A stretch of 64,000 bases of DNA from Clostridia bacterium (GTDB lineage: Bacteria; Bacillota; Clostridia; TANB77; CAG-508). The notes beneath the pieces were generated by a model, which did not search any database, had not been told where the DNA came from, and saw only the letters and a list, made by a program, of their open reading frames with translations. Of this stretch, positions 1-12,160 are shown piece by piece. Positions within the stretch are counted from its first letter, which is position 1. Every line of letters begins with the position of its first letter. Location: contig JAFWMA010000004.1 of the NCBI GenBank assembly GCA_017510825.1, positions 40,987 to 104,986 on the forward strand. Reading direction: 5' to 3'. The translations under genes were made by a program, and so were the position numbers.

Positions 1-134
1 TACAATAAAAGTTTTTGTAGAAAAGCCTTGTGCTTTTTCTTTTTTTTTTATATAATGTTGCAGAAGGACATATAGCTAAAAGGAACTTAATCTTTTTGAT
101 ATGTACTGATTAAAAAAATGGAAAGGAAAAATTT

Positions 135-1145
135 ATGGAATTTATTGATAAACTAATTAATCAAGCAAAAAATGATATTAAAACAATAGTATTACCTGAA
201 GCAGAAGATGTTAGAATTTTAAAAGCAACAGAGGAAATATTAAAAAAAGGTTTTGCTAAAATAATTTTATTAGGTGATGAAGATGAAATAAAAAGTTTAG
301 CAAAAGATAATAACATAGACTTGGCTAATGCAATAATAATAAATCCCAAAAAATCGGAAAAGACAGAAGAATACATCCAAGAACTATTCAAATTAAGAGA
401 AAAAAAAGGAATGACAATAGAAACAGCAAGAACACTAGTAACGGAAAATTCAAGATACTATGCTACAATGATGGTTAAGATGGATGATGCAGATGGACTA
501 GTGTCTGGAGCGTGTCATTCAACTTTAGATACATTAAGGCCAGTGTTACAAATAATTAAAGGAGCTCCTGGAATTAATACAGTTTCTGCATTTTTTATAA
601 TGTGCTTAAAAGATAAAGAATTTGGAGATGACGGAGTAATGATATTTTCAGATTGTGGTATGAATGCAAATCCAAATGCTGAAGAACTAGCAGAAATAGC
701 CGAATGTTCTGCAAAATCATTCAATGAATTAGTTAATGAAAGCGAAGAAGCTAAAATTGCGATGTTATCATATTCAACAAAAGGAAGTGCTCATTCAGAA
801 TTAGTTGATAAAGTTCAAAATGCAACGAAGATTGCACAAGAGAAAAGACCAGATTTACTAATTGATGGAGAAATGCAATTAGATGCTGCAATTATACCAG
901 AAGTAGCTAAGAGCAAAGCACCAGACAGTGAAGTTGCAGGAAAAGCAAATGTTTTAATCTTTCCAGATTTAAATGCAGGGAATATAGGATATAAATTAGT
1001 TCAAAGATTTGGACATGCTGTTGCATATGGTCCAATATGCCAGGGTGTTGATAAACCAGCAAATGACCTTTCAAGAGGTTGTTCAGCTGAAGATGTTGTT
1101 GGTGTAGTTGCTATTACTTGTATTCAAGCGCAAAATAAAAAATAA
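135..1145 (+). CDS. pta: phosphate acetyltransferase
   Basis: 336-aa ORF of short Firmicutes Pta type (MEFIDKLINQAK...IVLPEAED..., C-terminal ...AYGPICQG...). It lies directly upstream of acetate kinase, the classic pta-ackA pair. Confidence 0.9.
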   Translation: MEFIDKLINQAKNDIKTIVLPEAEDVRILKATEEILKKGFAKIILLGDEDEIKSLAKDNNIDLANAIIINPKKSEKTEEYIQELFKLREKKGMTIETARTLVTENSRYYATMMVKMDDADGLVSGACHSTLDTLRPVLQIIKGAPGINTVSAFFIMCLKDKEFGDDGVMIFSDCGMNANPNAEELAEIAECSAKSFNELVNESEEAKIAMLSYSTKGSAHSELVDKVQNATKIAQEKRPDLLIDGEMQLDAAIIPEVAKSKAPDSEVAGKANVLIFPDLNAGNIGYKLVQRFGHAVAYGPICQGVDKPANDLSRGCSAEDVVGVVAITCIQAQNKK

Positions 1146-1174
1146 AATTTGATATAGAGAAAGGAATTATTAAT

Positions 1175-2365
1175 ATGAAAATTTTAGTTGTAAATTGTGG
1201 AAGCTCTTCATTAAAGTATCAATTAATTGATATGAATGGAGAAAAGCTAATTGCAAAGGGAACTTATGAAAGAATAGGAGAGGAATCGTTCTTAACTCAC
1301 AAAATAAACGGAGAAAGTTATAAACTTAAAAATCCAGTTACTAATCATAAAGACGCATTAGACTTTTCGATAGAGCAATTATTGAATAAAGAGCATCCAG
1401 CAATAAATGACTTAAGTGAAATTGAAGCTGTAGGACATAGAATAGTTCAAGGTGCAGAATATTTTTCAGATTCTGCATTAATTGATGAAGATGTAATTAG
1501 AAAAATAGAAGATTGTGCAAAACTAGCACCTCTACATAATCCTGCAGCAGTTATTGGAATAAGAGCATGTCAAGAACTTTTACCAGGAGTACCAATGGTT
1601 GCAGTATTTGACACAGCATTCCATCAAACCATACCAGAAAATAGATATACATATCCAATTCCATATGAATATTATAAAAAATATAAAGTTAGAAAATACG
1701 GTGCTCATGGAACATCTCACTACTATGTTGCAAATAGAGTTGCAGAATTAATGGGAAAAGATGTGAAAGACTTAAAAATAGTAAATTGTCACCTAGGTCA
1801 AGGAGCAAGTATCTGTGCAATACAAGGAGGAAAGTCAGTAGAAACATCAATGGGGCTTACACCTCTTGGTGGAATTCCAATGTGTGCAAGAGCTGGTGAT
1901 TTAGATCCATCAATTGTAACATTCATTATGAAAAATGAAAACCTAACTCCAGATGAAATGGAAAAAATACTAAACAATGAATCTGGAATGTGGGGAATTT
2001 GCGGGGTTGCAAAGGATGTTAGAGATATAGAATCAGCAGTAAATGATGGAAATAAAATGGCCACTAGAGCACTAGATTATTTTAAATATAGAGTTGCACA
2101 ATTTATAGCTAAATATGCGGTTTCGATGCAGGGAATTGATGTAATAACATTTACTGCAGGAATTGGAGAGAATCAAATAAGAGTCAGAAAAGGAATAATA
2201 GATTATCTAAAATATATGGGTGTAAAAATAGATGATGACAGAAATAATGTTAGATCTGAAGAAAAGCTCATTTCATCAGATGATTCAACAATTTCAGTAT
2301 GGATAGTTCCAACAAATGAAGAATTAGTAATTGCAAGAGATACATTAAGATTATCTTCAAAATAA
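1175..2365 (+). CDS. ackA: acetate kinase
   Basis: 396 aa, N-terminal MKILVVNCGSSSLKYQLIDM, the hallmark acetate/propionate kinase start. RBS GAAAGGA lies upstream. Confidence 0.9.
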   Translation: MKILVVNCGSSSLKYQLIDMNGEKLIAKGTYERIGEESFLTHKINGESYKLKNPVTNHKDALDFSIEQLLNKEHPAINDLSEIEAVGHRIVQGAEYFSDSALIDEDVIRKIEDCAKLAPLHNPAAVIGIRACQELLPGVPMVAVFDTAFHQTIPENRYTYPIPYEYYKKYKVRKYGAHGTSHYYVANRVAELMGKDVKDLKIVNCHLGQGASICAIQGGKSVETSMGLTPLGGIPMCARAGDLDPSIVTFIMKNENLTPDEMEKILNNESGMWGICGVAKDVRDIESAVNDGNKMATRALDYFKYRVAQFIAKYAVSMQGIDVITFTAGIGENQIRVRKGIIDYLKYMGVKIDDDRNNVRSEEKLISSDDSTISVWIVPTNEELVIARDTLRLSSK

Positions 2366-2385
2366 TTTTAAAAGGATCAAATAAA

Positions 2386-3015
2386 ATGAATTGGAAAGAA
2401 ATATATAACAAATGTAACCACAAAAAATACAGTATTATTACAAATATAGAGCAACCAGTAATGATAAAATCAAATATTAGTAATTTTTTAGATAAATATA
2501 AATGGTATTTACTTATAGGAACAATAATTATAATTACTGCACTTCTAATAACCTTAAAGTTTAATATTAAATTAATAATTGGATGCTTAGGAATTGCAGT
2601 ATTTTTACTTATTAGCTTAATTTATTATAATACATTTAAGCTAATAATAAAAGATGATAAACTTAAAATAAATATTATGTTTAAAGAAATAACATTAAAA
2701 AAAGATGATTTACTAACAGTATATATCGAAAGACAAAAAAGTCGAATTTTACTATTTATACCTTTCTATTTTTACTCGATAAACATATTATATAATGATA
2801 AAGGATCAGTTGCTGGATACTCATTATCAACAATAATGTTAAAAAAGAAAGATGTATTAAATTTTTTTAAACACTTCGAATTTAATATTTTAAAAGAACA
2901 GAAGGAAGAAGATAAAAAAGAACAAACATACAATAATGTTATAAGAATCTTCACTGCCTTAGCGTTTATTATTTTAATAATAGCATTTTTAATTTTTGCA
3001 TATTTTAGTCACTAA
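2386..3015 (+). CDS. hypothetical membrane protein
   Basis: 209-aa ORF with several hydrophobic segments and no recognisable motif. Confidence 0.35.
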   Translation: MNWKEIYNKCNHKKYSIITNIEQPVMIKSNISNFLDKYKWYLLIGTIIIITALLITLKFNIKLIIGCLGIAVFLLISLIYYNTFKLIIKDDKLKINIMFKEITLKKDDLLTVYIERQKSRILLFIPFYFYSINILYNDKGSVAGYSLSTIMLKKKDVLNFFKHFEFNILKEQKEEDKKEQTYNNVIRIFTALAFIILIIAFLIFAYFSH

Positions 3016-3114
3016 GTTGTAAAGTTTTTCATACTTTAATCATAAAATAAAATAGGAGTAATAGATTTATAATTAAATTTATTATATATATTAATAACCA
3101 AGAGGTTTTTTTAA

Positions 3115-4284
3115 ATGAATATAAATGTGTTAAAATTTGGAGGAAGTTCAGTTGCAAATAACACAAATCTAAATATTGTTGCAAAAAAAATTATTGATTT
3201 CAAAAACAAAGAAAAAGATATAGTCGTAATTGTTTCAGCACAAGGAAATATGACAGATAATTTAATCAAAGAAGCAAATGAATTAAGTGCTACTCCAGAT
3301 GAAAGAGAATTAGATGCATTAATTAATGTAGGAGAACAAATAACTGCTTCTAAATTATCAATCTTACTAAATAGACTTGGACATAAAGCAATATCTTTAA
3401 ACGGATGGCAAGCAGGAATAAAAACTAATAATAACTTTCAAAAAGCAAAAATAATTGATATAGATACAACAAAAATTATTACAGAATTAGAAAAAAAGAA
3501 AATAGTTATAATCACAGGATTTCAAGGAATTGACAATAAAGGTAATATAACAACACTAGGAAGAGGAGGATCAGATACTTCAGCTGTAGCAATCGCATCA
3601 GTGTTAAACGCTGAACACTGTTATATTTTCTCAGATGTTGACGGTGTATATACAAGTGATCCAAGTAAAGTAAATAATGCCGAAAAATTAAAAAGTATCT
3701 CTTTCAAAGAAATGCAACTTGCATCAAATGAAGGAGCAAAAGTATTACACGATAGATGCGTTGAATTAGCAGAAAAATATAATACAAAAATTGTTGCATC
3801 ATCTACTTTTAATAAACATAAAGGAACATTAATTGAAAGTGGAAACAACAATATAGAAGAAAATAAAATCAAAAGCATAGTTAAAAATGATGATATATTA
3901 TTAGTTAAGATAGTATTAGATAATGAAGAAAAAACATATTCATTTTTAAAAAGTATAGCAAAATCAAAAATTAAAATAGGATACTATAAAATTAATAAAA
4001 ACATAATAAATTTATCAATACTTAATAAAGATAGATTTACTTTAATAAAATTAATAGACAAAACTAATAACAAAATAAGTGTAGCTGAAAGTTCCAAGGT
4101 ATCAATCATTGGAACAGGTATTTCTAATAATTTTGAATTAATTGAAAAAATAATAAATGTATTAAATATTGTAAAAAAAGAAATATTATTTATTGACATT
4201 AGTGCATACAAATTATCAATACAATTCACAAAAAAAATTAATGATGAGTTTTTGCAAGAATTGCACACTAAAATAATTAAATAG
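3115..4284 (+). CDS. aspartate kinase (amino-acid kinase family with C-terminal ACT-like region)
   Basis: N-terminal VLKFGGSSVAN...VVIVSAQGNMTD...GGSDTSAVAIA pattern of aspartokinases, 389 aa. A terminator-like hairpin follows at 4290-4325. Confidence 0.65.
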   Translation: MNINVLKFGGSSVANNTNLNIVAKKIIDFKNKEKDIVVIVSAQGNMTDNLIKEANELSATPDERELDALINVGEQITASKLSILLNRLGHKAISLNGWQAGIKTNNNFQKAKIIDIDTTKIITELEKKKIVIITGFQGIDNKGNITTLGRGGSDTSAVAIASVLNAEHCYIFSDVDGVYTSDPSKVNNAEKLKSISFKEMQLASNEGAKVLHDRCVELAEKYNTKIVASSTFNKHKGTLIESGNNNIEENKIKSIVKNDDILLVKIVLDNEEKTYSFLKSIAKSKIKIGYYKINKNIINLSILNKDRFTLIKLIDKTNNKISVAESSKVSIIGTGISNNFELIEKIINVLNIVKKEILFIDISAYKLSIQFTKKINDEFLQELHTKIIK

Positions 4285-4333
4285 TACTCATAATCTTTTT
4301 TATCCTGAATATAATTTATTGAAAGGATAAATT

Positions 4334-4630
4334 ATGATTAATGAACAATATTCTAATAAACAAATAGAAACAATACAAAATATAATCTTAGAAAATAGAA
4401 GTAAGCTGTCTATTTCAGGTGTTAAAGATGTCTTTAGCTTTGATGATCAAATAGTTATTTTAGAAACCAATTTAGGAATGTTAACAATAAAAGGAGAAAA
4501 TCTAAGAATTAACAAACTGAGTCTAGATACAACTGAAGTAATAATAGAAGGAACTATATCAACAATAAGCTATAGCGAAAAAAACAATAAGAAAGCATCT
4601 GAAAGTATATTAAATAAAATATTTAGATAG
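4334..4630 (+). CDS. yabP: sporulation protein YabP
   Basis: 98 aa. The LSISGVKDVFSFDDQIVILETNLGMLTIKGENLRINKL pattern matches the YabP family, and the gene order yabP-yabQ-divIC is conserved as in Bacillus. Confidence 0.6.
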   Translation: MINEQYSNKQIETIQNIILENRSKLSISGVKDVFSFDDQIVILETNLGMLTIKGENLRINKLSLDTTEVIIEGTISTISYSEKNNKKASESILNKIFR

Positions 4631-4636
4631 GCTCTT

Positions 4637-5044
4637 ATGATTTATTATCAATTTACTTCATTTATAGCTTACACTATATTAGGAATTATATCATGTATTG
4701 TTTTTGATTTATTTCGATCTATAAGAAAAAACATAAAAACACCAAATCACATTACCTATGTAGAAGACTTAATTTTTTGGCTTATTATAAGTTTATTATT
4801 ATTATATGTAATAAAATTTCAAAATAATGGAGAATTCAGAATATATTATATATTTGCTCTATTGCTAGGTACAATATTTTATTACTTAACAATAAGTAAA
4901 TATATATTTACATTATTAGCAAAAACTATAAAATATTTAAAAACTTCCGTTCTAAAAATAACAAAAAGCTTCAAAATAATAAAAAAAGCATTTAATCTAA
5001 TTATAAAAAATGACAAAAATAGTAAAAATAAAAAGGATTTATAA
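4637..5044 (+). CDS. yabQ: spore cortex biosynthesis protein YabQ-like membrane protein
   Basis: 135-aa polytopic small membrane protein immediately after yabP. Confidence 0.5.
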   Translation: MIYYQFTSFIAYTILGIISCIVFDLFRSIRKNIKTPNHITYVEDLIFWLIISLLLLYVIKFQNNGEFRIYYIFALLLGTIFYYLTISKYIFTLLAKTIKYLKTSVLKITKSFKIIKKAFNLIIKNDKNSKNKKDL

Positions 5045-5109
5045 AACTTTTGTAGAATAATAATATTAGAGATTTAAAAGGAGATAAGATATTATATCTT
5101 AACAAAAAA

Positions 5110-5376
5110 ATGAATAAAATAATAAAAAGATTAATATTTTTGGGATTAATAATTTATGCAATATACATTTTTATTGCACAGCAAAAAATGCTAAATTCAT
5201 ATGCAGTTGAAAAAAATGAATATACAAATCAAATAATAAATGCTGAAGAAGAAAAAGCAGAACTAAGTAATTCTTTACAAGGAATTAACTCTACAGATTA
5301 TATAGAAGATGCAGCTAGAAACAAATTAGATATGTACCTACCAAATGAAAGAGTTTATATAGATATAACTAAATAA
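5110..5376 (+). CDS. divIC: septum formation initiator (DivIC/FtsB family)
   Basis: 88 aa, N-terminal TM helix then a coiled coil (NQIINAEEEKAELSNSLQ...), C-terminal ...PNERVYIDI typical of FtsB/DivIC. Confidence 0.6.
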   Translation: MNKIIKRLIFLGLIIYAIYIFIAQQKMLNSYAVEKNEYTNQIINAEEEKAELSNSLQGINSTDYIEDAARNKLDMYLPNERVYIDITK

Positions 5377-5529
5377 TAGTTATATCTTTTTTTATTCTAT
5401 TTTTTTCCAAAATATTGATTTAAATAAAAAAATATGGTATAGTATTATGTATAAAATATTTATTTCTAAAAATCTAAACTATAAAATCCCCATTAAAAAA
5501 AAATTAAATAATAAGAAAGGAAATTAATT

Positions 5530-6861
5530 ATGGATTTTGAAAACTACACACTAGTAGAATTAAGACAAATAGCAAAGGAGAAAGGAATAAAAAATGTTAC
5601 AAAATATAAAAGACAAGAGTTATGTGATTTAATTAATGAGACACTAGCTAATAACTCAAGCAATAAAAATACGCTACCATCAAATATAAAAGAGGAAATA
5701 GAAGAGGAATCCAGAGTAGTAGAAGGCTATACTTTAAGTAGCTCAAATGATACAATAGCAGAAGGTATATTAGAAATATTACCAGATGGATATGGATTTT
5801 TAAGAGGTAAAAATTATCTTTCAACACCTAATGATATATATATATCACCGGTACAAATAAGAAGATTCAGATTAGACAATGGAGATAAAATTAAAGGAGT
5901 AGCAAGGAAACCTCAAGAAGGAGAAAAGTTTCCAGCACTAATATATGTTGGAGAAGTAAATGGGCAACCTCCAGAACAAGCTTATAGAAGAGTTAAATTT
6001 GATGATTTAACACCAATATATCCAAATGAAAAAATAAAATTAGAAACAAATCCAAAAGAATATTCAACTAGAATTATTGATTTACTATGTCCAATAGGAA
6101 AAGGACAAAGAGGAATGATTGTTGCACCGCCTAAAGTTGGAAAAACAACATTAATAAAAAAGATTGCAAATGCAATATCAACTAACAATCCCGAGATAGA
6201 GCTAATAGTATTGTTGATTGATGAGAGGCCGGAAGAAGTTACAGATATGTGTCGTTCAATAAAGGGAGAAGTTATTTATTCAACATTTGATGAACTTCCA
6301 GAACATCATGTTAAAGTTGCAGAAATGGTTTTAGAAAGAGCAAAAAGATTAATTGAACAACAAAAGGATGTAGTAATACTTTTAGATAGTATTACTAGAT
6401 TAGCAAGAGCATATAACCTTACTGTACCAGCTTCAGGAAGAACATTATCAGGAGGCTTAGATCCAGCAGCGTTGCACAAACCAAAGAAATTTTTTGGTGC
6501 AGCAAGAAATATAGAAAATGGAGGAAGTCTTACAATCTTAGCATCTGCTTTAGTAGAAACAGGAAGCAGAATGGATGATGTAATATTTGAAGAGTTTAAA
6601 GGAACTGGAAATATGGAAGTTGTTTTAGATAGAACACTATCAGAAAAAAGAATATTCCCTGCAATAGATATATATAAATCTGGAACAAGAAGAGAAGATT
6701 TACTTCAATCAAAAGAAGAATTAAAAACTGTAAATTCAATAAGAAAGTCTATGCTATCAATGCAACAAAGCGATAAAACAGAAGAACTAATATCACAAAT
6801 CATTACAACAAATACAAATAAAGAATTAATAGAAAAAATAAATAAAATTTTTAAAAAATAG
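5530..6861 (+). CDS. rho: transcription termination factor Rho
   Basis: 443 aa. N-terminal Rho_N ([13 protein letters not shown]), cold-shock-like RNA-binding region, Walker [19 protein letters not shown], and the C-terminal ATPase. Confidence 0.9.
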   Translation: MDFENYTLVELRQIAKEKGIKNVTKYKRQELCDLINETLANNSSNKNTLPSNIKEEIEEESRVVEGYTLSSSNDTIAEGILEILPDGYGFLRGKNYLSTPNDIYISPVQIRRFRLDNGDKIKGVARKPQEGEKFPALIYVGEVNGQPPEQAYRRVKFDDLTPIYPNEKIKLETNPKEYSTRIIDLLCPIGKGQRGMIVAPPKVGKTTLIKKIANAISTNNPEIELIVLLIDERPEEVTDMCRSIKGEVIYSTFDELPEHHVKVAEMVLERAKRLIEQQKDVVILLDSITRLARAYNLTVPASGRTLSGGLDPAALHKPKKFFGAARNIENGGSLTILASALVETGSRMDDVIFEEFKGTGNMEVVLDRTLSEKRIFPAIDIYKSGTRREDLLQSKEELKTVNSIRKSMLSMQQSDKTEELISQIITTNTNKELIEKINKIFKK

Positions 6862-6949
6862 AAAAATATATTTACAAAAAACTACAAAAAATATATAATT
6901 AATATAAATTTGTTAATAATAAATTTATAATTAAATAAAAGGGAAAAAT

Positions 6950-9688
6950 ATGAAAAAAGTATATCTAATCATTATAATAATAACAATAGCTGTAAGCACA
7001 TATTCATGTGCATATGCCAGCACAATTGACAAAATTGAAAAAATTGAATTTTCAGATGCCTACAAACAATATATGAACTTAACAGAAGAAGAGAAAAAAC
7101 AATATTCTGCTATTCCATTACCTTATGATGTTCCAGAATCAACACACATAAGCAAAAATCCATTAAAAATAATGTCAAAAGTTGGGGATAGCTATGAAAC
7201 AAATTTTTCGCTAAAAAGTTCAAACTATTTGCCAAATATGAAAATTTATAATCAAAATCCATCAGCTATATGCTGGGCATTTAGCACACTTTCATCTTTA
7301 GAAACCAATCTTGATTTACAAGAAATTTCATCAGGTAGAAATCCTAAATACTATGATTTTTCAAGAAGTCATATGGATTATGGAACTGTTAGGAACTTTC
7401 TAAACAATGAAAAAAATAAATATGGACTACTAAGAGCTCCTGGAAGTTCAGCAACATGGTATACACCAATTGCATATTTAACAAATGGTTTGGGTGCAAT
7501 TAATGATAGCGACATGAAATTTGAAGATTATAAAAACAAAGAGGATGTATCATCACCTTATCCAATCAATTTATCAGAAATTCAGAACAAACAAGTAAAA
7601 ACAGAAGTATTTGATATTAACTTATATGCATCTTCATTGTCAGATCCAAGCAATAGAGAACAAGCAAAGAGCCTTGTAAAATCAAATATAAAAAATAATG
7701 GATCAATGGCCGTACAAATATTAGGAGGAGATGTTTCGAGTGCATCTATAAGATTTTCAGATTATTACAATAGCGAAACAGCAGCATTATATTCAGATAT
7801 AAATTTTGTAAACCATGCTGTATCTTTAATTGGATGGGATGATAATTATTCTGTTAATAATTTTAAATCTACAAAGAGACCATCGCAGAACGGTGCCTGG
7901 ATTGCAAGAAATTCATATGGAACTTCATATGGTGATAATGGTCTAATATATATATCATATGAAGACTACAATGTATATTCATATATGCTAAATATAACAA
8001 ATGCATTAGCTTACACAACATATGATAATATATATCAATATGATGAACAAGGAAGCATTCTAAATACTATATTTAGGCAAAATGAACAAACACTTTATAT
8101 AGGTAATATATTTGATAAAAAAACTACTAAAAATGAGTATATAACACATGTTGGCATTTTTGCACCCGAACAATATAACTGTAAAGTATATGTTAATCCA
8201 AACGGAAGTAATATGTCAAAAACAGAATTACAAAGAGTAACTTTAAAGCAAGGAGATGGTTCTAGTGAAGAAATACCAGTAGGATATCATACACTAGAAT
8301 TCAATGAACCAGTAAAAATTAATTCAAATGAATATGCAGTTGTAGTCGAAGTTACTAGTAAAAGAGATAACAATGATGTATACTATGCAGCAGAAGCCCA
8401 ATACAATGAAACCGACTCAAGTTCAGTATATTATGAATACAGAGATATAGATATATCAAATAGTAAATGCTTCATTGCATCACAATCAGATTTTAATAAT
8501 AATAATTGGACTGACTTAACAAAAATTAATTCCTTAAAACCTGAAATTCCTAATGCAGACTCAACTATAAAAGCGTTTACAATAAATCAATCAATAGATC
8601 CATCACTAGATAGAATTACAGTAACCAATGAACCGTCAAAAAAAGAATATATTGAAGGAGAAAATTTTGATAAGACAGGAATGGAAATTACAGCATTCTT
8701 TAATGATAATACATCAAAAGTACTACAAGATTCAGAATACAGCATTTCAAACGCTACAAATTTACAAATTAGCCAAACAAATATTACAATTACCTATCAA
8801 GATAAGACAACAAACCAACCAATAACAGTAACCCCAAGGGTAACTCCAACAGTAACACCAACAGTTACTCCTACAGTGACGCCTACTGTAACACCAACGG
8901 TTACTCCTACAGTAACACCAACAGTTACTCCTACAGTGACACCTACTGTAACTCCAACAGTAACACCAACGGTTACTCCTACAGTGACACCTACTGTAAC
9001 TCCAACAGTAACACCAACGGTTACTCCTACAGTGACACCTACTGTAACTCCAACAGTAACACCAACAGTTACTCCTACAGTGACACCTACTGTAACTCCA
9101 ACAGTAACACCAACGGTTACTCCTACAGTAACTCCAACTCCAAAGCCATTAAACCCACAAAATTCAAACTTAAATAACATATCGTTATCTATAAATTCAG
9201 TTGATAGTAATAAAATAAATATAACAATAAATAATTTCAATCAAAACAAAAATAACGAAAAAATGGAGTACTACTATTATATATCAGATTCAAAAAATTC
9301 TGATATAACAAAAGTTGACTTTATAAATATATTAAATCCAAAAACAGTTGGAAACACACTTCAATTTGAAATTAATAAAAACGATATTGCTAATTTTAGT
9401 AAACTAGAATCATCAGACAAGATATATCTATTTTTAAGAGAAGTTGCTAAAATAGGAAGTAATCAGAGTATAGCAACGTCAAAGGCTTTAGAAATGGAAA
9501 TAAGCAATTCATCGTCTATTCCAATTGATGTTGATAGAAAATCAACTATTTACGACGATACAGTTGCTAAGGATCCAATTCCACAAACTGGTATTTCACC
9601 ACTAATAATAGTTATTATAACAATTATTTCTATAACAGGGATTACATTATTTATAAAATACCAGAAAATAAAAAATAATTTAAAATAG
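6950..9688 (+). CDS. cell-wall-anchored papain-family (C1) cysteine peptidase with (TPTV)n linker and sortase signal
   Basis: Signal peptide, then the C1 active-site context NQNPSAICWAFSTLSSLETN. It then carries roughly 26 tandem VTPT repeats and C-terminal IPQTG, a hydrophobic helix and a KYQKIKNNLK tail, which together form a sortase sorting signal. Confidence 0.7.
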   Translation: MKKVYLIIIIITIAVSTYSCAYASTIDKIEKIEFSDAYKQYMNLTEEEKKQYSAIPLPYDVPESTHISKNPLKIMSKVGDSYETNFSLKSSNYLPNMKIYNQNPSAICWAFSTLSSLETNLDLQEISSGRNPKYYDFSRSHMDYGTVRNFLNNEKNKYGLLRAPGSSATWYTPIAYLTNGLGAINDSDMKFEDYKNKEDVSSPYPINLSEIQNKQVKTEVFDINLYASSLSDPSNREQAKSLVKSNIKNNGSMAVQILGGDVSSASIRFSDYYNSETAALYSDINFVNHAVSLIGWDDNYSVNNFKSTKRPSQNGAWIARNSYGTSYGDNGLIYISYEDYNVYSYMLNITNALAYTTYDNIYQYDEQGSILNTIFRQNEQTLYIGNIFDKKTTKNEYITHVGIFAPEQYNCKVYVNPNGSNMSKTELQRVTLKQGDGSSEEIPVGYHTLEFNEPVKINSNEYAVVVEVTSKRDNNDVYYAAEAQYNETDSSSVYYEYRDIDISNSKCFIASQSDFNNNNWTDLTKINSLKPEIPNADSTIKAFTINQSIDPSLDRITVTNEPSKKEYIEGENFDKTGMEITAFFNDNTSKVLQDSEYSISNATNLQISQTNITITYQDKTTNQPITVTPRVTPTVTPTVTPTVTPTVTPTVTPTVTPTVTPTVTPTVTPTVTPTVTPTVTPTVTPTVTPTVTPTVTPTVTPTVTPTVTPTVTPTVTPTVTPTVTPTVTPTPKPLNPQNSNLNNISLSINSVDSNKINITINNFNQNKNNEKMEYYYYISDSKNSDITKVDFINILNPKTVGNTLQFEINKNDIANFSKLESSDKIYLFLREVAKIGSNQSIATSKALEMEISNSSSIPIDVDRKSTIYDDTVAKDPIPQTGISPLIIVIITIISITGITLFIKYQKIKNNLK
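8821..9142 (+). repeat. tandem 12-bp (VTPT-coding) repeat array, roughly 26 units with a 48-bp higher-order periodicity
   Basis: gtaac(a/t)cc(a/t)ac(a/g)gt(t/g)act... is repeated directly. The reverse-strand GVTV ORF 8797..9240 is its mirror artefact. Confidence 0.9.
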
Positions 9689-9821
9689 ATTATAATAATA
9701 AAGATGTGGCACTTGTTATATATATTGCAAGTGCTACATTAACGGACTCTAAAATATCTAAACCAACAAATTGTAATTTTATAAATAATAAGAATAACTA
9801 ATAGTAGAAAGGATAAAAAAA

Positions 9822-12059
9822 ATGGAGTTTAAACAATGGAATGATTTTAAAAAAGGAATATGGAACAAGGAAGTAGATGTGAGAGATTTTATACAAAAAA
9901 ACTATACACCTTATGAAGGCAATGACTCATTTTTATCTAAGGCAAGTGATAGCACAAAAGAATTATGGAATATAGTAACTGAATTATACAAAAAAGAAAG
10001 AGAAAATGGTGGTGTTTTAGATGTTGCAACAGATATTCCATCAAACATTAATTCATTTGAAGCAGGTTATATTAATAAAAAACTTGAAAAAATTGTTGGA
10101 CTTCAAACAGATAAACCACTAAAAAGAGCCATTATGCCAGAAGGAGGTATACGAATAGTCGAAAAATCTTGTGAAGCATATGGTTTTAAGGTATCAGAAA
10201 AAATAAAAAACATCTATCATAATTACAGAAAAACACATAATGATGGAGTGTTTTCTGCATATACACCAGAAATCAGGTCTGCTAGATCAAGTAAGTTATT
10301 AACAGGCTTACCAGATGGATATAGCAGAGGAAGAATAATAGGTGATTACAGAAGAATTGCACTATATGGAGTAGATTATTTAATAGAACAAAAAAAAGAC
10401 GATTATGAAAATGCAAAATCTAGTTGGATGTGTGATGAAATTATTAGAGAAAGAGAAGAAATAACTGAACAAATAAAGGCGTTAGAAGAACTAAAAAAAA
10501 TGGCAGAAAGATATGGTTTTGATATATCACAACCTGCTTCAAATGCAAAAGAAGCAGTTCAATGGTTATACTTTGGATATCTAGGAGCAGTAAAACAACA
10601 AAATGGAGCAGCAATGAGTATTGGAAGAATCTCTACTTTTTTAGACATATATTTTGAAAGAGATTTAAAAAAAGGAAAATTAAATGAATCACAGTGCCAA
10701 GAAATAATGGATCATTTTGTAATGAAACTAAGATTAATAAGGTTTTTAAGAACACCAGAATATGATGAACTATTTAGTGGAGATCCAGTTTGGATTACAG
10801 AAAGTATTGGAGGTATGGGAATAGATGGAAGAACACTAGTTACAAAAAATTCTTTTAGAATTATTCATACACTTGAAACTATGGGAACAGCTCCTGAGCC
10901 GAATTTAACTGTACTATGGTCAACAAATCTTCCAAAAAATTTCAAAAACTATTGTGCTAAAATGTCGATTAAAACAAGTGCAATTCAATACGAAAATGAT
11001 GATCAATTGAGACTATACTTAGATGATGACTATGGAATAGCATGTTGTGTTTCACCAATGAAAATAGGAAAACAAATGCAATTTTTTGGTGCACGTGCAA
11101 ACCTTGTAAAAACACTAACCTATGCGATAAATGGTGGTAGAGACGAAATAACTGGAAAACAAGTAACAAGTAAATTTGAACCTATTACATCAGATAAACC
11201 ACTAGAATTTAATGAAGTATGGCAAAAATATACACAAATGATGGACTATGTTGCTAAAATATATATAGATGCACTTAATATAATTCACTATATGCATGAT
11301 AAATATTCATATGAGAGCTTAGAAATGGCACTACATGATAAAGATATAATTAGAACGATGGCTTGCGGAATTGCAGGGCTATCAGTTGCTGCTGACTCAT
11401 TATCAGCAATAAAATATGCCAAAGTAACTCCAATAAGAGATAATACAGGTTTAGTAATAGACTACAAAATTGAAGGAGACTTTCCTAAGTTTGGAAATGA
11501 TGACGATCGAGTAGATAGTTTAGCTTGCCTTATACAAAAAACATTTATGGAAAAACTAAGTGAACAAATGACCTATAGAAATGCTAAACCAACTTTAAGT
11601 ATACTAACAATAACATCAAATGTTGTATATGGAAAGGCAACTGGGAATACACCAGATGGAAGAAGAGCAGGAGAGCCATTTGGACCAGGAGCAAATCCAC
11701 TACATGGTAGAGATACAAATGGAGCTATATCAGCACTTAATTCACTTGCAAAATTAAAATTTAAATATTCACAAGATGGAATATCATACACATTTGCAAT
11801 TACACCAGAAACACTTGGAAAAGAAAAAAGCACACAAATTAAAAATCTAATAGCTTTACTAGATGGTTATTTTGTTCAAATGAGTCACCATATAAACGTA
11901 AATGTATTTAATAGAGATTTATTAATAGATGCAATGAATCACCCAGAAAAATATCCTCAACTAACAATAAGAGTTTCTGGCTATGCAGTTAACTTTATAA
12001 AATTAACTAAAGAACAACAACTAGATGTAATAAATAGAACAATACATGAAAAGATTTAA
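9822..12059 (+). CDS. pflB: formate C-acetyltransferase (pyruvate formate-lyase)
   Basis: 745 aa with the glycyl-radical motif RVSGYAV near the C-terminus and a typical PFL N-terminus. Confidence 0.9.
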   Translation: MEFKQWNDFKKGIWNKEVDVRDFIQKNYTPYEGNDSFLSKASDSTKELWNIVTELYKKERENGGVLDVATDIPSNINSFEAGYINKKLEKIVGLQTDKPLKRAIMPEGGIRIVEKSCEAYGFKVSEKIKNIYHNYRKTHNDGVFSAYTPEIRSARSSKLLTGLPDGYSRGRIIGDYRRIALYGVDYLIEQKKDDYENAKSSWMCDEIIREREEITEQIKALEELKKMAERYGFDISQPASNAKEAVQWLYFGYLGAVKQQNGAAMSIGRISTFLDIYFERDLKKGKLNESQCQEIMDHFVMKLRLIRFLRTPEYDELFSGDPVWITESIGGMGIDGRTLVTKNSFRIIHTLETMGTAPEPNLTVLWSTNLPKNFKNYCAKMSIKTSAIQYENDDQLRLYLDDDYGIACCVSPMKIGKQMQFFGARANLVKTLTYAINGGRDEITGKQVTSKFEPITSDKPLEFNEVWQKYTQMMDYVAKIYIDALNIIHYMHDKYSYESLEMALHDKDIIRTMACGIAGLSVAADSLSAIKYAKVTPIRDNTGLVIDYKIEGDFPKFGNDDDRVDSLACLIQKTFMEKLSEQMTYRNAKPTLSILTITSNVVYGKATGNTPDGRRAGEPFGPGANPLHGRDTNGAISALNSLAKLKFKYSQDGISYTFAITPETLGKEKSTQIKNLIALLDGYFVQMSHHINVNVFNRDLLIDAMNHPEKYPQLTIRVSGYAVNFIKLTKEQQLDVINRTIHEKI

Positions 12060-12160
12060 AAAAATAAGATTTTAAATATACTATTAAAAAAAACTTTCTT
12101 TTATCCTGGATGCACTAATATAGTAAATAAAAAGTTAATAAATGGAAGAGAGAAATAACA

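Noticed and set aside
8797-9240. 147-aa reverse-strand ORF made of GVTV repeats
   Set aside because: It is the mirror image of the VTPT tandem repeat inside the cysteine protease gene, so it is a repeat-generated artefact.
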